From: an uncultured Actinomycetota bacterium
GTDB taxonomy: Bacteria > Actinomycetota > Actinomycetes > JAHEKZ01
Direction: 5' to 3'
Length of the DNA: 64,000 bases
Assembly: GCA_963718235.1 (NCBI GenBank)
Contig: CAVQYR010000001.1
Coordinates: 1,056,001-1,120,000, forward strand
Shown: piece after piece, positions 1 to 10,697 of the stretch
How positions within the stretch are numbered: the first letter of the stretch is position 1
How the letters are laid out: every line of letters begins with the position of its first letter
Notes under the pieces: model-generated
The model's input: only the letters and a program-made list of their open reading frames with translations
The model's database searches: none
Told to the model about the DNA's origin: nothing
Made by a program: the position numbers and the translations under genes

Positions 1-1
1 C

Positions 2-709
2 TGCGTCCGCGGGCTCCCCACGACCGCCTGTCCGACCGGAGAGCCCTTCGGTGCTCCGCTCGTGGTGGCGATCACCCACGTGGACCAAGGGGGCGACCCG
101 GACTCCTTCGGACCGGGCTGCGACGCCGAGACCGACGTCCGGCAGTGCCCGACCGGCATCCACGACAAGCAGGTGGAGCCCGACGAGGTGGACCCGGTCG
201 GCCACAACGTCGACGCGACGAAGGGTGCCGACGCCACGTACGACTTGACCGGCTCGGTGAGAAGGCTGACCCCGGTAGCCGCCGGCGGCTGGCGGCCCGG
301 GGACGCGGTGACATGGAGGATGAGTGCGTTCGACTTCGGGCCGGCCCCTGGGCGGACCGGCTGGAGCATGACCCTGCTGCTGCCGGTTGGGAGCTCTCCG
401 ACTGCCCCGACCAACAACGCCCTTCGCACATGCGTGAAGGGCACCACGGTCGAGGGCTACCCGTTCGTCCGCTGCACGGGGAAGGGCCCGCTCAGCCCCG
501 GGGTCACCGGGGTCGCGATCGACGTCGGTTCGACGGTGCCTGACGCAGCGTCCGCGAGTGGGCGGATGTCGGTGCTGGCCTACGTCCAACCGGTCGCCGG
601 CGACGGACCCGAGGTGACTCCATTGGGCGTACCACCCAGCAGCCCCAGCGCGGACCCGGCAGGTACCGCCACCAACAACGACGACTCGGCCACGGTCACG
701 CTTCAGTGA
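2..709 (+). CDS. C-terminal part of a probable secreted, beta-rich protein (DUF11-like repeat); 5'-truncated by the window edge
   Basis: Frame open from base 2 to TGA at 707-709; Pro/Gly/Thr/Cys-rich; ends TNNDDSATVTL, typical of DUF11-like modules. Confidence 0.5.
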   Translation, partial: CVRGLPTTACPTGEPFGAPLVVAITHVDQGGDPDSFGPGCDAETDVRQCPTGIHDKQVEPDEVDPVGHNVDATKGADATYDLTGSVRRLTPVAAGGWRPGDAVTWRMSAFDFGPAPGRTGWSMTLLLPVGSSPTAPTNNALRTCVKGTTVEGYPFVRCTGKGPLSPGVTGVAIDVGSTVPDAASASGRMSVLAYVQPVAGDGPEVTPLGVPPSSPSADPAGTATNNDDSATVTLQ

Positions 710-1017
710 ACGGAGTGAGTCGTCGCGGCCTGGGCCAGGTGGTTGGCGTGGTGGCGAAGAAAGCACGGACGTTGAGGTTCACGTGGGCCTAGTCTGTCGT
801 CAAGGAGGCGCTCATGACCGGGACGCGTCACATGCTCACCGGATGGATGAGGCGGCTCCGCATCTGTCGGTGGCAGGACCAGCAGGACAGGACCGCCGCA
901 CAGCAGCGCGATGCAGAGGAGCGCACCGACATGAGAGCGAAGGGCGTCCTGAAGGAAGGGATGCCCCCGACTCCGTTCTAGCAGCCACCTCCGCCAGCGA
1001 GCCTAGACTCGATGGCT

Positions 1018-1380
1018 GTGCCAATGGTCGAGGTCGAGCTGGTCAGCGATGACGAACCCGCTCCCGGGATGGCCGACCTCCTGGCTGACCAGATCGGCCT
1101 GGCTCTGCGGGCCGCCGAGGGGTCGACCTGGGTCCGCCTCCGAGTGCTGCGCCCGGATCACTACGGCGAGAGCGGCGGCTCGTTCGGTGACTCCGTCAAG
1201 CCTGTATTCGTGACGGTCACCAGTCGCCGTCAGCCGGCCCGGGAGCAGTTCGCGGACGTCGTGGAGCAGATCACGTCCGCGGTCGCTCGTACGACTGGTC
1301 ACCCGCGGCAGAACGTTCATGTCATCTTCGCGCCAGACGCAGCAGGTCGAGTCGCGTTCGGTGGTCGCGTGGTGGAGTGA
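1018..1380 (+). CDS. Tautomerase (4-OT/MIF superfamily) family protein
   Basis: GTG at 1018 gives M-P-M-V-E-V-E-L (Pro-1); two beta-alpha-beta-like halves; C-terminal HVIFAPDAAGRVAFGG. Confidence 0.7.
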   Translation: MPMVEVELVSDDEPAPGMADLLADQIGLALRAAEGSTWVRLRVLRPDHYGESGGSFGDSVKPVFVTVTSRRQPAREQFADVVEQITSAVARTTGHPRQNVHVIFAPDAAGRVAFGGRVVE

Positions 1381-1423
1381 GCCCCGTAGGCGGCGACCCG
1401 GGTCAACGGCCGGAAAGGACTCT

Positions 1424-1450
1424 GGCCCTTCGCCTATCAGGCGAAAGGCC
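1424..1450 (-). terminator. Hairpin downstream of tRNA-Lys (possibly bidirectional)
   Basis: GGCCCTTCGCCT-ATC-AGGCGAAAGGCC inverted repeat between convergent genes. Confidence 0.55.
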
Positions 1451-1464
1451 AGGTCAGGCAAGGG

Positions 1465-1537
1465 TGCGCCGCGAGGGACTTGAACCCCCAACCCGCGGAT
1501 TAAGAGTCCGCTGCTCTGCCAGTTGAGCTAGCGGCGC
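1465..1537 (-). tRNA. tRNA-Lys(CTT)
   Basis: Reverse complement GCGCCGCTAGCTCAACTGGCAGAGCAGCGGACTCTTAATCCGCGGGTTGGGGGTTCAAGTCCCTCGCGGCGCA; cloverleaf; CCA not encoded. Confidence 0.95.
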
Positions 1538-1855
1538 GCCGTCCTCATCGAGGACTCGCCGACTCTAGCAGCGCCCCCCGGGCGCCGGCCAAATCAGCCC
1601 GTCCGGTCTCGACCGCCAGGATCTCCGCCGACGCAGGCCCGTCGGGATCGAGCAGATCGCAGAGCAGCGACAACGGAACGTGATGATTCAGCAACGTCAT
1701 CACTGACGTGGCACCCATGTGGTTTCCCTCCCCGCAGACCGTTCAAATGAGGGATCGGGATCTGCGGTTCAGGCTTGTTGCACCGTTCGGGTGCCCGGGG
1801 TCACGAGGGGTCACCCGAGTGCCGTGGCCCGTCACCCCTCCGGGGGATCAACGAG

Positions 1856-2038
1856 TCAGGCGCTGCGTCCGCGCAGGGCCATCACGACCGCACCGACCAC
1901 GGTCGCCGCCACGATGAGCAGTACCAGGTTGCGGATCATGTGCCCGCCACCCTCGGGCTCGTCCACGAGGGAGAGGATGTCGACCTCGTCGATGCCGTCC
2001 TTGACTACCTCGAGTGTTTCGGCCTGCGTCGTGGTCAT
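1856..2038 (-). CDS. Small (60 aa) protein with a C-terminal transmembrane helix
   Basis: GAGGAG RBS upstream of ATG; acidic N-terminus, then LVLLIVAATVVGAVVMAL and a basic tail. Confidence 0.6.
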   Translation of the reverse strand: MTTTQAETLEVVKDGIDEVDILSLVDEPEGGGHMIRNLVLLIVAATVVGAVVMALRGRSA

Positions 2039-2161
2039 GGCACGCTCCTCGTCGGCTCTGCGGGCGCCGGTCTGCGCCCTGCCCCCTCATCCTCACCTAT
2101 TCGCGGCCGCCGCGCACGGGGCTATGGGCCCTGGACCGAGGGGGTGCGGCAGGCTTGCCTC

Positions 2162-3484
2162 ATGACCGAGGTGACTGACCAGAGGCCCGCCGAGGACGTT
2201 CTGCGGCTGTGCCAGGCGCTGCTCCGGATCGACACCACCAACGCCGGGGACGACGACGGCCCAGGGGAGCGGGTAGCGGCCGAGTACGCGGCGAGCGCCC
2301 TCACCGACGCCGGGCTGGTGCCGCAGGTGCTGGAGTCGGCGCCGCGACGGGCGAACGTGGTGACCCGGTGGGACGGGCTGGACCGGACCCGTCCGCCGCT
2401 GCTGGTCCACGGTCACCTCGACGTCGTCCCAGCCGTGGCGTCGGACTGGACCCATCCACCGTTCGCCGGCGAGGTGATCGACGACGTCCTGTGGGGCCGT
2501 GGGGCGATCGACATGAAGCATTTCATCGCCCAGCTCCTGGCGGTCGTGGCCCGGCGCCGTCGAGAAGGTCGCCCGCCGGCCCGCGACGTCGTGCTCGTCT
2601 TCACCGCCGACGAGGAGCACACCGGCCAGCGCGGGGCGTTCTGGCTGGCCGACGCGCACCGGGACGTCTTCGAGGGCGTGGGCGACGCGGTGGGGGAGGG
2701 CGGCGGCTTCACGATGTGGCTGCCGAACGGACGCCGCCTGTACCCGCTGGGCACCGGTGAGAAGGGGCTGCTCTGGGCCACGGTCACCGCCACGGGGCGG
2801 GCAGGACACGGATCGATGGTGAACCGCGAGAACGCCGTCACCCGGCTGGCCGAGGCGATGGCCCGGGTCGGGGCTCATGAGTTCCCGCAGGAGCTGACGC
2901 CGACCACCCGGGCGCTGCTGCTCGTGCTGGCCGACGAGCTCGGAGTCGATGCCCAGACGGCGCTGGCCGACCCCGATGCGCTGGTCTCGGTCATGGGCTC
3001 GATGGCCGACGACCTGCGCGCAGCATTCCGGCACATGGCCAACCCGACCATGCTGGACGCCGGGTACAAGTCCAACGTGATCCCCGGCTCCGCCAGCGGT
3101 GTCATCGACGGCCGGTTCCTGCCCGGAGGGGAGCAGCAGTTCCTCGCCGTCCTCGACGACCTGCTCGGCGAGCACGTGACCCGAGAGGCGATCTGGCACG
3201 ACCCGGCGTTCGAAGGGCCGTTGACCGGAGCCGTCCCCGACGCGATCGCGACGGCGCTCGCGGCCATCGACCCGGAGGGGCGGGTGGCTCCCTACCTCGA
3301 CACCGGTGGAACTGACGCGAAGGCCTTCGTGCCGCTCGGCATCCAGTCCTACGGCTGGACTCCCCTGCTGCTACCGCCAGAACTGGACTACCCGGCCTTG
3401 TTCCACGGCGTTGACGAACGCGTACCGGGATCAGCGCTTCACTTCGGCGTGGAGGTCATGGACCAGCTGTTCGACCTGATCTGA
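2162..3484 (+). CDS. M20/M25/M40 family metallo-hydrolase (ArgE/DapE-like)
   Basis: HGHLDVVP, WGRGAIDMK, ADEE, GGTDAK, FHGVDER motifs. Confidence 0.9.
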   Translation: MTEVTDQRPAEDVLRLCQALLRIDTTNAGDDDGPGERVAAEYAASALTDAGLVPQVLESAPRRANVVTRWDGLDRTRPPLLVHGHLDVVPAVASDWTHPPFAGEVIDDVLWGRGAIDMKHFIAQLLAVVARRRREGRPPARDVVLVFTADEEHTGQRGAFWLADAHRDVFEGVGDAVGEGGGFTMWLPNGRRLYPLGTGEKGLLWATVTATGRAGHGSMVNRENAVTRLAEAMARVGAHEFPQELTPTTRALLLVLADELGVDAQTALADPDALVSVMGSMADDLRAAFRHMANPTMLDAGYKSNVIPGSASGVIDGRFLPGGEQQFLAVLDDLLGEHVTREAIWHDPAFEGPLTGAVPDAIATALAAIDPEGRVAPYLDTGGTDAKAFVPLGIQSYGWTPLLLPPELDYPALFHGVDERVPGSALHFGVEVMDQLFDLI

Positions 3485-3506
3485 CGCCGAAGCAGCGCTG
3501 TTCGAC

Positions 3507-5324
3507 TCAGGCCGCGCGCGGGGTCGGGATCCCTCCCGGAGGCTGCGAGCGCAGCAGCCAGATCGGGTTGCCCGCGCCGACGATCGTGCTGTCGGCCAGG
3601 CGAACGGTGGCCCGGACGAACCGAGACGCCGTCGTGCTGACGGTGGCGGTTGCCACCCCACCGGTGAACGACGACGCGGTGAGCGTCGAGACGACCGTCG
3701 TGCCGGGGTCGACCTTGTTGGCGTAGTCGACCGGCCCGCTGAGGATCTCGACCCGTCCACCTGCAGGCAGGTTCTTCACGTACACCGACAGCCGGTGGCT
3801 CGTTGCGTTGCTGACGTCCACGGCCCCCATCGGGACCGAGTCGTCGGCCATCATGTCCAGCTCCGCCAGCGGCCAACGTCCGCAGTGGGCGACGAAGGCG
3901 CGACCGGCGGACAGCGCCGACACGAGGTCGGCGTCCGAACGAGAGCTGGCCCAGGCTCCGGTGACGAACCCGTTGTTCAGCGTCTTCCAGTTGCGTCCGC
4001 CGTGGTCGTCGTTGGTTCCGTTTCCGGTGAGGAACCGACCGTTGCGGGAGAACGTGTCCCACAGGGCCAGGTGAGTCCACGCATCGACGTTGCCACGCAG
4101 GGAGTAGCCGACCTCGAGGATGTCTGCCCCGTAGACGTCGACTGCCCGCAGCTGCTGGAAAACGGTGTGCCGTTTGGCGATCCGCTCGGCGCTGCTGAGC
4201 AGGGGGCCGCCGTTGTAGCCGAACGGGTGGTTCCACGAGATCACGCCGTGCCCGGTGTGGATGTCGGCGACGAGATCACGGTAGAAGGCATCGTGGTTGG
4301 TCGCGGTGTCCAGCGCGTAGTCGGAGAAGAACTGCGGTACCCCGAACGGGTTCATGTCCGGCAGGTGCCGGCTCACCTCGGTGGTGGTCCGCACGCTCAG
4401 GTCCGGGAACCGCGGCTGGTAGGCACCGATCAACGCCTGTTGGTTGGCGCTCACATGGGTCGGGTCGTTCTGGGTCCGGACGAACTGCACGGCCGAGACG
4501 GCGATGTCGGCAACCGCGCCCTTCTTCGGGCTGGTGGCGACGAACGACAGACCGTAGAAGCACTGGTCCATGGCCAGCATGTCGGGCCACAAGGCAGCGA
4601 TGTCGGTGGCCAGGGGCAGCGTGACCATCGAGCCGGCGGCTTGCTTGGCCTTGGTGACGACGCCGCGGAGCCCGTTGTTCTCCTTGGAGTAACCAGGGGT
4701 TCCAGAACCGAACCGGTAGCGCAGCTCGTAGTTGCCGGCCGGGCGCCCACCCACGGCTGGGTGGTAGGACAGCCCAACGACCACCTCGTACGTGGCGCCA
4801 CCGCTGAGGGTGCAGGCGCTGACGGTGTGCCGCAGGCTCTGCCCGGAGATACCGGTGCGCAGCTTGTTCTTGGCGTTCGGGTCGGGCTGCACGGCAAGGG
4901 TCACTGACGCGGGCGCCGTCGTCGAGGAGCTCTCGGCGAGGAGCCTGATCGCTCCGCCGTTGACCGTCGAGGCCTTCTGGGCTAGGGCTCCGGTGCTGCT
5001 GCTGACCCATACGGCATCGGCCAGCGTGCTCAGGTACTTGTACGCAACGGCTCGTGAGTCGTGGTCGGTCATGAACAGCACGTCGATGTCGTTGGCCGCA
5101 GCCTGGGTGAACTGCGCCTCCCAGCTGCCGAGCCCCTCTGACCAGCTGCCGTGCACGTGCATGGCAAGCCGAAGCGGGACGGCGCCGGTGAACGAGCTGA
5201 GCTCACGCGGAGCGAATGTCGAACGGTGGACCGGAATGGCCAGACCGGCGGTGGCACCGCCAACCCCCAGCAGGAACTGCCGACGGGAGAGGTCCGGGAC
5301 GTGAAACAGTTGCGAAGCCGTCAT
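3507..5324 (-). CDS. Tat-exported PHP-fold metallohydrolase (CehA/McbA-like)
   Basis: SRRQFL Tat motif; MHVHGSWSEG, MTDHD, NHPF, GTNDDH PHP motifs. Confidence 0.7.
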   Translation of the reverse strand: MTASQLFHVPDLSRRQFLLGVGGATAGLAIPVHRSTFAPRELSSFTGAVPLRLAMHVHGSWSEGLGSWEAQFTQAAANDIDVLFMTDHDSRAVAYKYLSTLADAVWVSSSTGALAQKASTVNGGAIRLLAESSSTTAPASVTLAVQPDPNAKNKLRTGISGQSLRHTVSACTLSGGATYEVVVGLSYHPAVGGRPAGNYELRYRFGSGTPGYSKENNGLRGVVTKAKQAAGSMVTLPLATDIAALWPDMLAMDQCFYGLSFVATSPKKGAVADIAVSAVQFVRTQNDPTHVSANQQALIGAYQPRFPDLSVRTTTEVSRHLPDMNPFGVPQFFSDYALDTATNHDAFYRDLVADIHTGHGVISWNHPFGYNGGPLLSSAERIAKRHTVFQQLRAVDVYGADILEVGYSLRGNVDAWTHLALWDTFSRNGRFLTGNGTNDDHGGRNWKTLNNGFVTGAWASSRSDADLVSALSAGRAFVAHCGRWPLAELDMMADDSVPMGAVDVSNATSHRLSVYVKNLPAGGRVEILSGPVDYANKVDPGTTVVSTLTASSFTGGVATATVSTTASRFVRATVRLADSTIVGAGNPIWLLRSQPPGGIPTPRAA

Positions 5325-5399
5325 GGCGATCGCCTCCATGCTCTGGTACCAATTCTCGCGGCGTGCGCCGCGCGGCGGCAGAGGCACAGGTCCTGGACG

Positions 5400-5855
5400 T
5401 CAGCGCCGTTCGTCGACTGCCTCCGACACGGCAGCTGCTGCAGGTCCGACCGCCGCCGCGACGGCGTGGGACAGACCCCGGCCGTGGTCAGTCGCCTCGA
5501 CCTCGACGCCGACGAGCAGCAAGCGGGTGGGCAGCCGATCGAGGGCACGGGCCAGCTCCACGGCGGCCCCCAGGCCGAACGCGTGACTCCCCGCGGCCGC
5601 CCACGGACCTGTCGGCAAGGGACCGGTCGTGGCATCGATGGTGTGGATGGTGCCCGGTGGGCTTCCGGAGGACACCGCGTCGACGACGATCACGAGCTCC
5701 CTGCCGGTCCAGAGGTCGATCAGGGACGTCGGTTCGTCCAGGAGCATGGAGTCGACGTCCGGGCGGTTCTCCAGGTCCAGCCGGGAGACCACCGCGGGAC
5801 CGACGCCGTCGTCTCCGCGGTCGGGTCGCCCGAGGCCGACGATCAGCGTGGTCAT
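5400..5855 (-). CDS. Hydrogenase maturation protease
   Basis: IVGLGRPDRGDDGVG, VVDAV, SHAFGL; overlaps the stop of the large subunit. Confidence 0.9.
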   Translation of the reverse strand: MTTLIVGLGRPDRGDDGVGPAVVSRLDLENRPDVDSMLLDEPTSLIDLWTGRELVIVVDAVSSGSPPGTIHTIDATTGPLPTGPWAAAGSHAFGLGAAVELARALDRLPTRLLLVGVEVEATDHGRGLSHAVAAAVGPAAAAVSEAVDERR

Positions 5856-7165
5856 GGTCGGTCCGTGGACTCCACCGTGAGGTCGAGGAAGTGGGTGGCG
5901 CACGAGATGCACGGGTCGTAGTTGCGCACCGCCTGCTCGCAGCGCAGGGTCAGCTCGTCGTGGTCGAGGTGCAACCGGTCCTGGACGAACCCGTGCAGGT
6001 CCTCCTCGATGCTCGCCAGGTTCTGTGAGGTGGGAGGCACGATGACCGCGTCGAGGACCGTGCCGTCGTCGTCCAGCTCGTAGCGGTGGTAGAGCATGCC
6101 GCGGGGCGCCTCGGTCGCACCGTGCCCGATCCCGGCCCTCGGCGTGATCTCGACGGAGGGGGCAGCGGAGCCGTCCCACTCGTCGATCAGGCGCAGCGCC
6201 TCGTCGAGGGCGTACACGAGCTCGACCGAGCGGACGATGATCGACTGGAACGGGTTGCGGCACTCGGGACCGAGGCCCGCGTCGCGTGCCACCTCCTGGG
6301 CCAGGGGCGACAGCTGGTCGTGGTTCAGCGCGTAGCGCGCCAACGGGCCCACGACGTAGGTGGTGTGCCCGTCGAGGTGGGCGTGCAGGGCGTTGGACCT
6401 GGCCACGTGCTGCTCGACGACGACGTCGCCGAACTGTGCCACGTCGAACCGCCGTCCTGCGCTCGACACCACCGAGCCACCCTCCAGGGGGTAGCCGTTC
6501 GGTGACCGCAGGGCGACGTACTCCTGGGTCTGGGTGAAGTCGGGGAACTCGAAGCCCGCCACCCAGGTCGCCGTGGCGACCGCGTCGTCGCGGGCCTGGA
6601 GCAGGGTCGGTCGCAGCCCGGCGAGCTCGGCGCGGGTCGGCATGCGGTAGAAGCCGCCGACCTTCACGTTGATCGGGTGCACGGCTCGGCCTCCGACGAG
6701 CGCCATCAAGGCGTTGCCGGCCTTCTTCAGAGCCAGGCCGCGTTCGACCGCCTCGCGATGGTCAGCGGCCATCTCGATGACGCCGTCGTAGCCGAGGAAG
6801 TCGGGGGCATGGAGCAGGTAGATGTGCAGTGCGTGGCTCTCGATCCACTCCCCGCAGTACAGCAGTCGCCGCATCCGCCGGATCTCCTCGGTGACCGCGA
6901 CGCCACACGCGTCCTCGATCGCCTGGCAGGCGCTCATCTGGTAGGCGACGGGGCAGATCCCGCAGATCCGAGCGGTGATGTCCGGTGGCTCGGTCCAGGC
7001 CCGGCCGCGCAGGAGCGCCTCGAAGAAGCGCGGGGGCTCGAAGATGTTCAGCTCGACGTCAGCCACCTGTCCGTCACGCACCACGACCTTCATGGCGCCC
7101 TCGCCCTCGACCCGGGCGAGCGGGTCGGCACGCAGCACCTGGTCACCGGTCGGCTTGTGCGTCAC
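5852..7165 (-). CDS. Group 3b NiFe hydrogenase large (alpha) subunit
   Basis: ARVEGEG, L1 RICGICP, EAPRG, L2 DPCISCATH followed by a cleavable tail. Confidence 0.95.
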   Translation of the reverse strand: MTHKPTGDQVLRADPLARVEGEGAMKVVVRDGQVADVELNIFEPPRFFEALLRGRAWTEPPDITARICGICPVAYQMSACQAIEDACGVAVTEEIRRMRRLLYCGEWIESHALHIYLLHAPDFLGYDGVIEMAADHREAVERGLALKKAGNALMALVGGRAVHPINVKVGGFYRMPTRAELAGLRPTLLQARDDAVATATWVAGFEFPDFTQTQEYVALRSPNGYPLEGGSVVSSAGRRFDVAQFGDVVVEQHVARSNALHAHLDGHTTYVVGPLARYALNHDQLSPLAQEVARDAGLGPECRNPFQSIIVRSVELVYALDEALRLIDEWDGSAAPSVEITPRAGIGHGATEAPRGMLYHRYELDDDGTVLDAVIVPPTSQNLASIEEDLHGFVQDRLHLDHDELTLRCEQAVRNYDPCISCATHFLDLTVESTDRP

Positions 7166-7959
7166 GACGTGGCCTCCTCGACGGTGGCAGCGTGCCGATC
7201 GCTCTCCACCCGGAAGGGCTCGGCGCCGGCGTTGAACGTGCGGAAGACCCGGTGGACGTCCAGGTCGGGCATGCCGAGCCAGGTCAGCCGTTCGGCGAGG
7301 GAGGCGGTGTTGGGGGTGTCCTGCGGGCCGAAGCAGCCGTAGCAGCCGCGCGCGTAGGCGGGGCACAGGGCCCCGCACCCGGCCTGGGTGGCTGGCCCGA
7401 GGCACGGGGTGCCGTGGGCGACGGCGACACAGACCGAACCTCGCTGCTTGCACTCCACGCACACGCTGTAGGCGGGGATCTTCGGTCGGCGTCCCTGCAA
7501 CGAGGCGGCCAGCACCTCCAGCAGCTGGTGCCGGTCGATCGGGCAGCCGCGCAGCTCGAAGTCGACGGCCACGTGGTCGGCGATCGGCGTCGCCTGCTCC
7601 AGGGTGTCGATGTACTCGGGGTGGGCGTAGACGATCGAGCGGAACTCCGCGACGTCGGCGAAGTTGCGCAGGGCCTGGATCCCCCCGCTGGTTGCGCAGG
7701 CGCCGATGGTGACCAGCAGGCGTGAGGCCGCGCGGATCTGCTGGATGCGCTCGAGGTCGTCAGGTGTGGTCACCGACCCCTCGACCAGCGAGACGTCGTA
7801 CGGGCCGTCGAGCATGCCCCTGGTCGCCTCGGGGAAGTACGCGATCCGGACGGCACCGGCCAGCGGGAGCAGCTCGTCCTCGCAGTTGAGCACGGTCAGC
7901 TGGCAGCCGTCGCAGGAGGCGAACTTCCACACGGCCAGCGTCGGGCGGTCATCGGTCAT
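7162..7959 (-). CDS. Group 3b NiFe hydrogenase small (delta) subunit
   Basis: [38 protein letters not shown]. Confidence 0.92.
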   Translation of the reverse strand: MTDDRPTLAVWKFASCDGCQLTVLNCEDELLPLAGAVRIAYFPEATRGMLDGPYDVSLVEGSVTTPDDLERIQQIRAASRLLVTIGACATSGGIQALRNFADVAEFRSIVYAHPEYIDTLEQATPIADHVAVDFELRGCPIDRHQLLEVLAASLQGRRPKIPAYSVCVECKQRGSVCVAVAHGTPCLGPATQAGCGALCPAYARGCYGCFGPQDTPNTASLAERLTWLGMPDLDVHRVFRTFNAGAEPFRVESDRHAATVEEATS

Positions 7960-7960
7960 G

Positions 7961-8818
7961 TCACAGCTCCCGGACGGCGAGCAGCGGGGCGAGGGTGGGG
8001 TAGTCGAGCACCGGCCCGTCGAGGCACAGGAACAGGTGGCGCAGCTGGCAGTGTCCGCACAGGCCGACGCCGCACTTCATGTTGCGTTCCATCGACAGCC
8101 GGATCCGCTCCGGGGCGACGCCGAGGTCCAGCAGTGACTGGGACACGTACCGCATCATCACCTCTGGCCCGCAGACCAGCGCGAGGACACGCGCCGGGTC
8201 GACGTCGGCGCGCGGCACGAGCGAGGTGACCAGACCGACCCGTCCGGTCCAGCCCGGCGTGCCCTGGTCGACGACCACGTCGACGTCGATGCCCTGCTCG
8301 CGCCAGAGCTCGAGCTCGTCGGTGAACAGCCGCTCTCCGGGGCTGCGCGCTCCGTACAGCAGGGCGACCCGGCCGAACTGGTCCCGCTCCGCGACCAGCT
8401 GCAGCAGGGTCGGCCGCAGCGGGGCAAGGCCGATCCCGCCGGCCACGACGACGACGTCGCCTGCCCGTCCGTCCTCCACCCGCCAGCCGACGCCGAACGG
8501 GCCTCGGACGTCGACCACCTGACCGACGTCCGACCCCACGAGCTGGTGGGTCACCCCGCCGACGTCGCGGATCGTGTGCACGAGGGGACCGCCTCGCGGG
8601 TCGCCGCTGATCGAGACCGGCACCTCCCCGGCACCGAGGCGGCCCAGCATCGTGAACTGGCCGGGTGCGAAGGTCATGGGCGGTCCCGTGACCGGCTCGA
8701 GGGCCAGAGTGACGGTGTCGGCCGTGTCCGCACGCCGCTCGACGACCCGGAACGGGCGGGGGCGCATGGCGTCGTGGAGCCCCGCTGCGCCCCCGGTGCC
8801 AGTCATGGTCTCGGTCAC
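7961..8818 (-). CDS. Hydrogenase gamma subunit (FAD/NAD(P)-binding, 2Fe-2S)
   Basis: [40 protein letters not shown]. Confidence 0.92.
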   Translation of the reverse strand: MTETMTGTGGAAGLHDAMRPRPFRVVERRADTADTVTLALEPVTGPPMTFAPGQFTMLGRLGAGEVPVSISGDPRGGPLVHTIRDVGGVTHQLVGSDVGQVVDVRGPFGVGWRVEDGRAGDVVVVAGGIGLAPLRPTLLQLVAERDQFGRVALLYGARSPGERLFTDELELWREQGIDVDVVVDQGTPGWTGRVGLVTSLVPRADVDPARVLALVCGPEVMMRYVSQSLLDLGVAPERIRLSMERNMKCGVGLCGHCQLRHLFLCLDGPVLDYPTLAPLLAVREL

Positions 8819-8822
8819 CGAG

Positions 8823-9284
8823 TCACCCGGTCGTCCCGTACAGGTCGAGCAGCCGGATCCGCGACGCCTGGAGCCGCTCGTACATCACCTGCGCCACGCG
8901 CTGCATGAGCGCGTAACCGAGCCGCGGGTCGTCGTCGCACTTGCCGCGCAGGCACGTGCCGTCGAACACCACCGCGCTGGTGGAGGAGACGGCCCGGGCG
9001 TCGAACAGCCAGCGGTGCGGCGGGACCAGCCACGACCAGCCGAGCACCTCACCGTCGTCGACGGTGTCGATGACCAGGGAGCCGCCGGCGGGCTGGTGCG
9101 CCTCGATCGCGACCCGGCCATGACGGATCATGTAGAAGGTCTCGGCCGGGTCACCCTCGCGGTACAGGTAGTCGCCCTCGCGGGCGTGCATGTTGCTCGC
9201 GCAGCCGGCGATGAGGGTCAGCGCGGCGTCGTCCAGGCCGGCGAAGAACGGGTGCTCGTGGAGCAGCTGGTCGATGGTGCGCAT
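8823..9284 (-). CDS. Stand-alone cyclic nucleotide-binding (Crp/Fnr-type sensor) domain protein
   Basis: HPFFAGL, YLYREGDPAETFYMIRHGRV, GEVLGWSWL; 153 aa with no HTH. Confidence 0.85.
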   Translation of the reverse strand: MRTIDQLLHEHPFFAGLDDAALTLIAGCASNMHAREGDYLYREGDPAETFYMIRHGRVAIEAHQPAGGSLVIDTVDDGEVLGWSWLVPPHRWLFDARAVSSTSAVVFDGTCLRGKCDDDPRLGYALMQRVAQVMYERLQASRIRLLDLYGTTG

Positions 9285-9285
9285 G

Positions 9286-10437
9286 TCAGACCTCCGAGGG
9301 ACCGGTGGTGACCGAGGGGGCTTGCGGGTCGACCCGGAGGGCCGCTACCTCCGCGGTGATGTCGATCGCGGCGGGGCACCACGTCACGCACCGACCGCAG
9401 CCGACGCAGCCGGAAGTGCCGAACTGGTCCCACCACGCGGCCAGCTTGTGGGTGGCCCACTGGCGGTAGCGCGACCGGGTCGAGGGTCGGATGCTGCCGC
9501 CGTGCAGGTAGGAGAAGTCGCTGGTGAAGCAGGAGTCCCACACCCGGACGCGCTCCGCGGTGCCGGTCGCGAGGTCGGTGTGGTCCTCGACCGAGGTGCA
9601 GAAGCACGTCGGGCAGACCAGCGTGCAGTTGCTGCAGGCCAAGCACCGGCTTGCGACGTCGTCCCACTGGGGGTGCTCGGCGTTGGCGTACAGAAGGTCC
9701 TTGAGGTCCGTGGTGTCGAGCTGCCGGCCCATGTGCTGGACGGCCGTCTCGACCACCTGGGACGCCGCAGCGGCGTCGTGGTCGGTGGCGGCGACGGTCG
9801 GGAGCCGGCCCAGCAGCTCGGTGCCGTCCGGGCTGCCGGCCCGGACGAGGAAGCGGTGGCCGTCGCCATCGAGCAGCTCGGTGAGCGCGAGGTCGTAGCC
9901 CTGCCGCGGCGAGGGGCCGGTGCCCATCGAGGTGCAGAAGCACGTGCTGGCCGGGGAACCGCAGGCAACAGCCAGGATGAGCACGTCGGCCCGGCGGGCG
10001 GCGTAGTGGGTGTCGACGCCGGAACGGCCCATGAGCACGGTGTCGTGCACGCCGAGGGCCGCCAGGTCGCAGGAGCGCACGCCGAGCAGGGCATACCGAC
10101 CAGGTTCGGGACGGACCTCCGACGAGGCGTCGGGCGAGGCGTCCGGTCCTGACCGTTGCAGCAGCTCACGGGCGGGGAACAAGAGGCGCTTCCAGGACTC
10201 CGCGCCGACGGCGTAGCCGAACAGCGCCTCGTCGTCGCGCCGGGTCAGCCGGTAGTGGGCGCCGTCCTGCTCGTCGCCGACTCCGCGCGGCAGGTCGTCG
10301 ACCGAGGTGATCTCCGCATGACCGATCACGCCGTCGCGCACGGTAGGTCCCAGGACGGTGTAGCCGTCGGAACGCAGCAGGTCGACCATGACCTGCAACC
10401 CCGACACGTCGAGGACCGCGGACGGGTAGGGCGCCAT
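9286..10437 (-). CDS. Hydrogenase beta subunit (4Fe-4S dicluster, AsrA-like)
   Basis: GVRSCD, TCFC, CLACSNCTLVCPTCFC, CVGCGRCVTWCP; GGAGGT RBS. Confidence 0.92.
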   Translation of the reverse strand: MAPYPSAVLDVSGLQVMVDLLRSDGYTVLGPTVRDGVIGHAEITSVDDLPRGVGDEQDGAHYRLTRRDDEALFGYAVGAESWKRLLFPARELLQRSGPDASPDASSEVRPEPGRYALLGVRSCDLAALGVHDTVLMGRSGVDTHYAARRADVLILAVACGSPASTCFCTSMGTGPSPRQGYDLALTELLDGDGHRFLVRAGSPDGTELLGRLPTVAATDHDAAAASQVVETAVQHMGRQLDTTDLKDLLYANAEHPQWDDVASRCLACSNCTLVCPTCFCTSVEDHTDLATGTAERVRVWDSCFTSDFSYLHGGSIRPSTRSRYRQWATHKLAAWWDQFGTSGCVGCGRCVTWCPAAIDITAEVAALRVDPQAPSVTTGPSEV

Positions 10438-10487
10438 GAGACCTCCGGAGGGACAGCCCCATCGTCGCGGGTCGAGCCGGTCGGACG

Positions 10488-10507
10488 CGAGGGCCAAAGG
10501 GCACGGC
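10488..10507. promoter_or_regulatory. Possible DosR/DevR-like box upstream of the hydrogenase operon
   Basis: CGAGGGCCAAAGGGCACGGC partially matches TTSGGGACTWWAGTCCCSAA. Confidence 0.35.
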
Positions 10508-10697
10508 CCTGCGACCTGACCCGCCGGGACTGCCGCCGACGGTCCGCTCAGACTGCCGTTCACGAGACGTCCACCTCTAGGCTGGGTGGTCCGGGAACGT
10601 AGGCGCGGCGGGGTCCCGTCGGCCGTCGAGGAGGTCATGGTCGTGAGTGGCGGCACGAACGAGAACCAGCTCGACGAGGGCGGGGTGGCCTGACGCC

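Noticed and set aside
1413-1432. AGGACTCTGGCCCT as a DosR box
   Set aside because: It lies between convergent 3' ends and overlaps the tRNA terminator hairpin.
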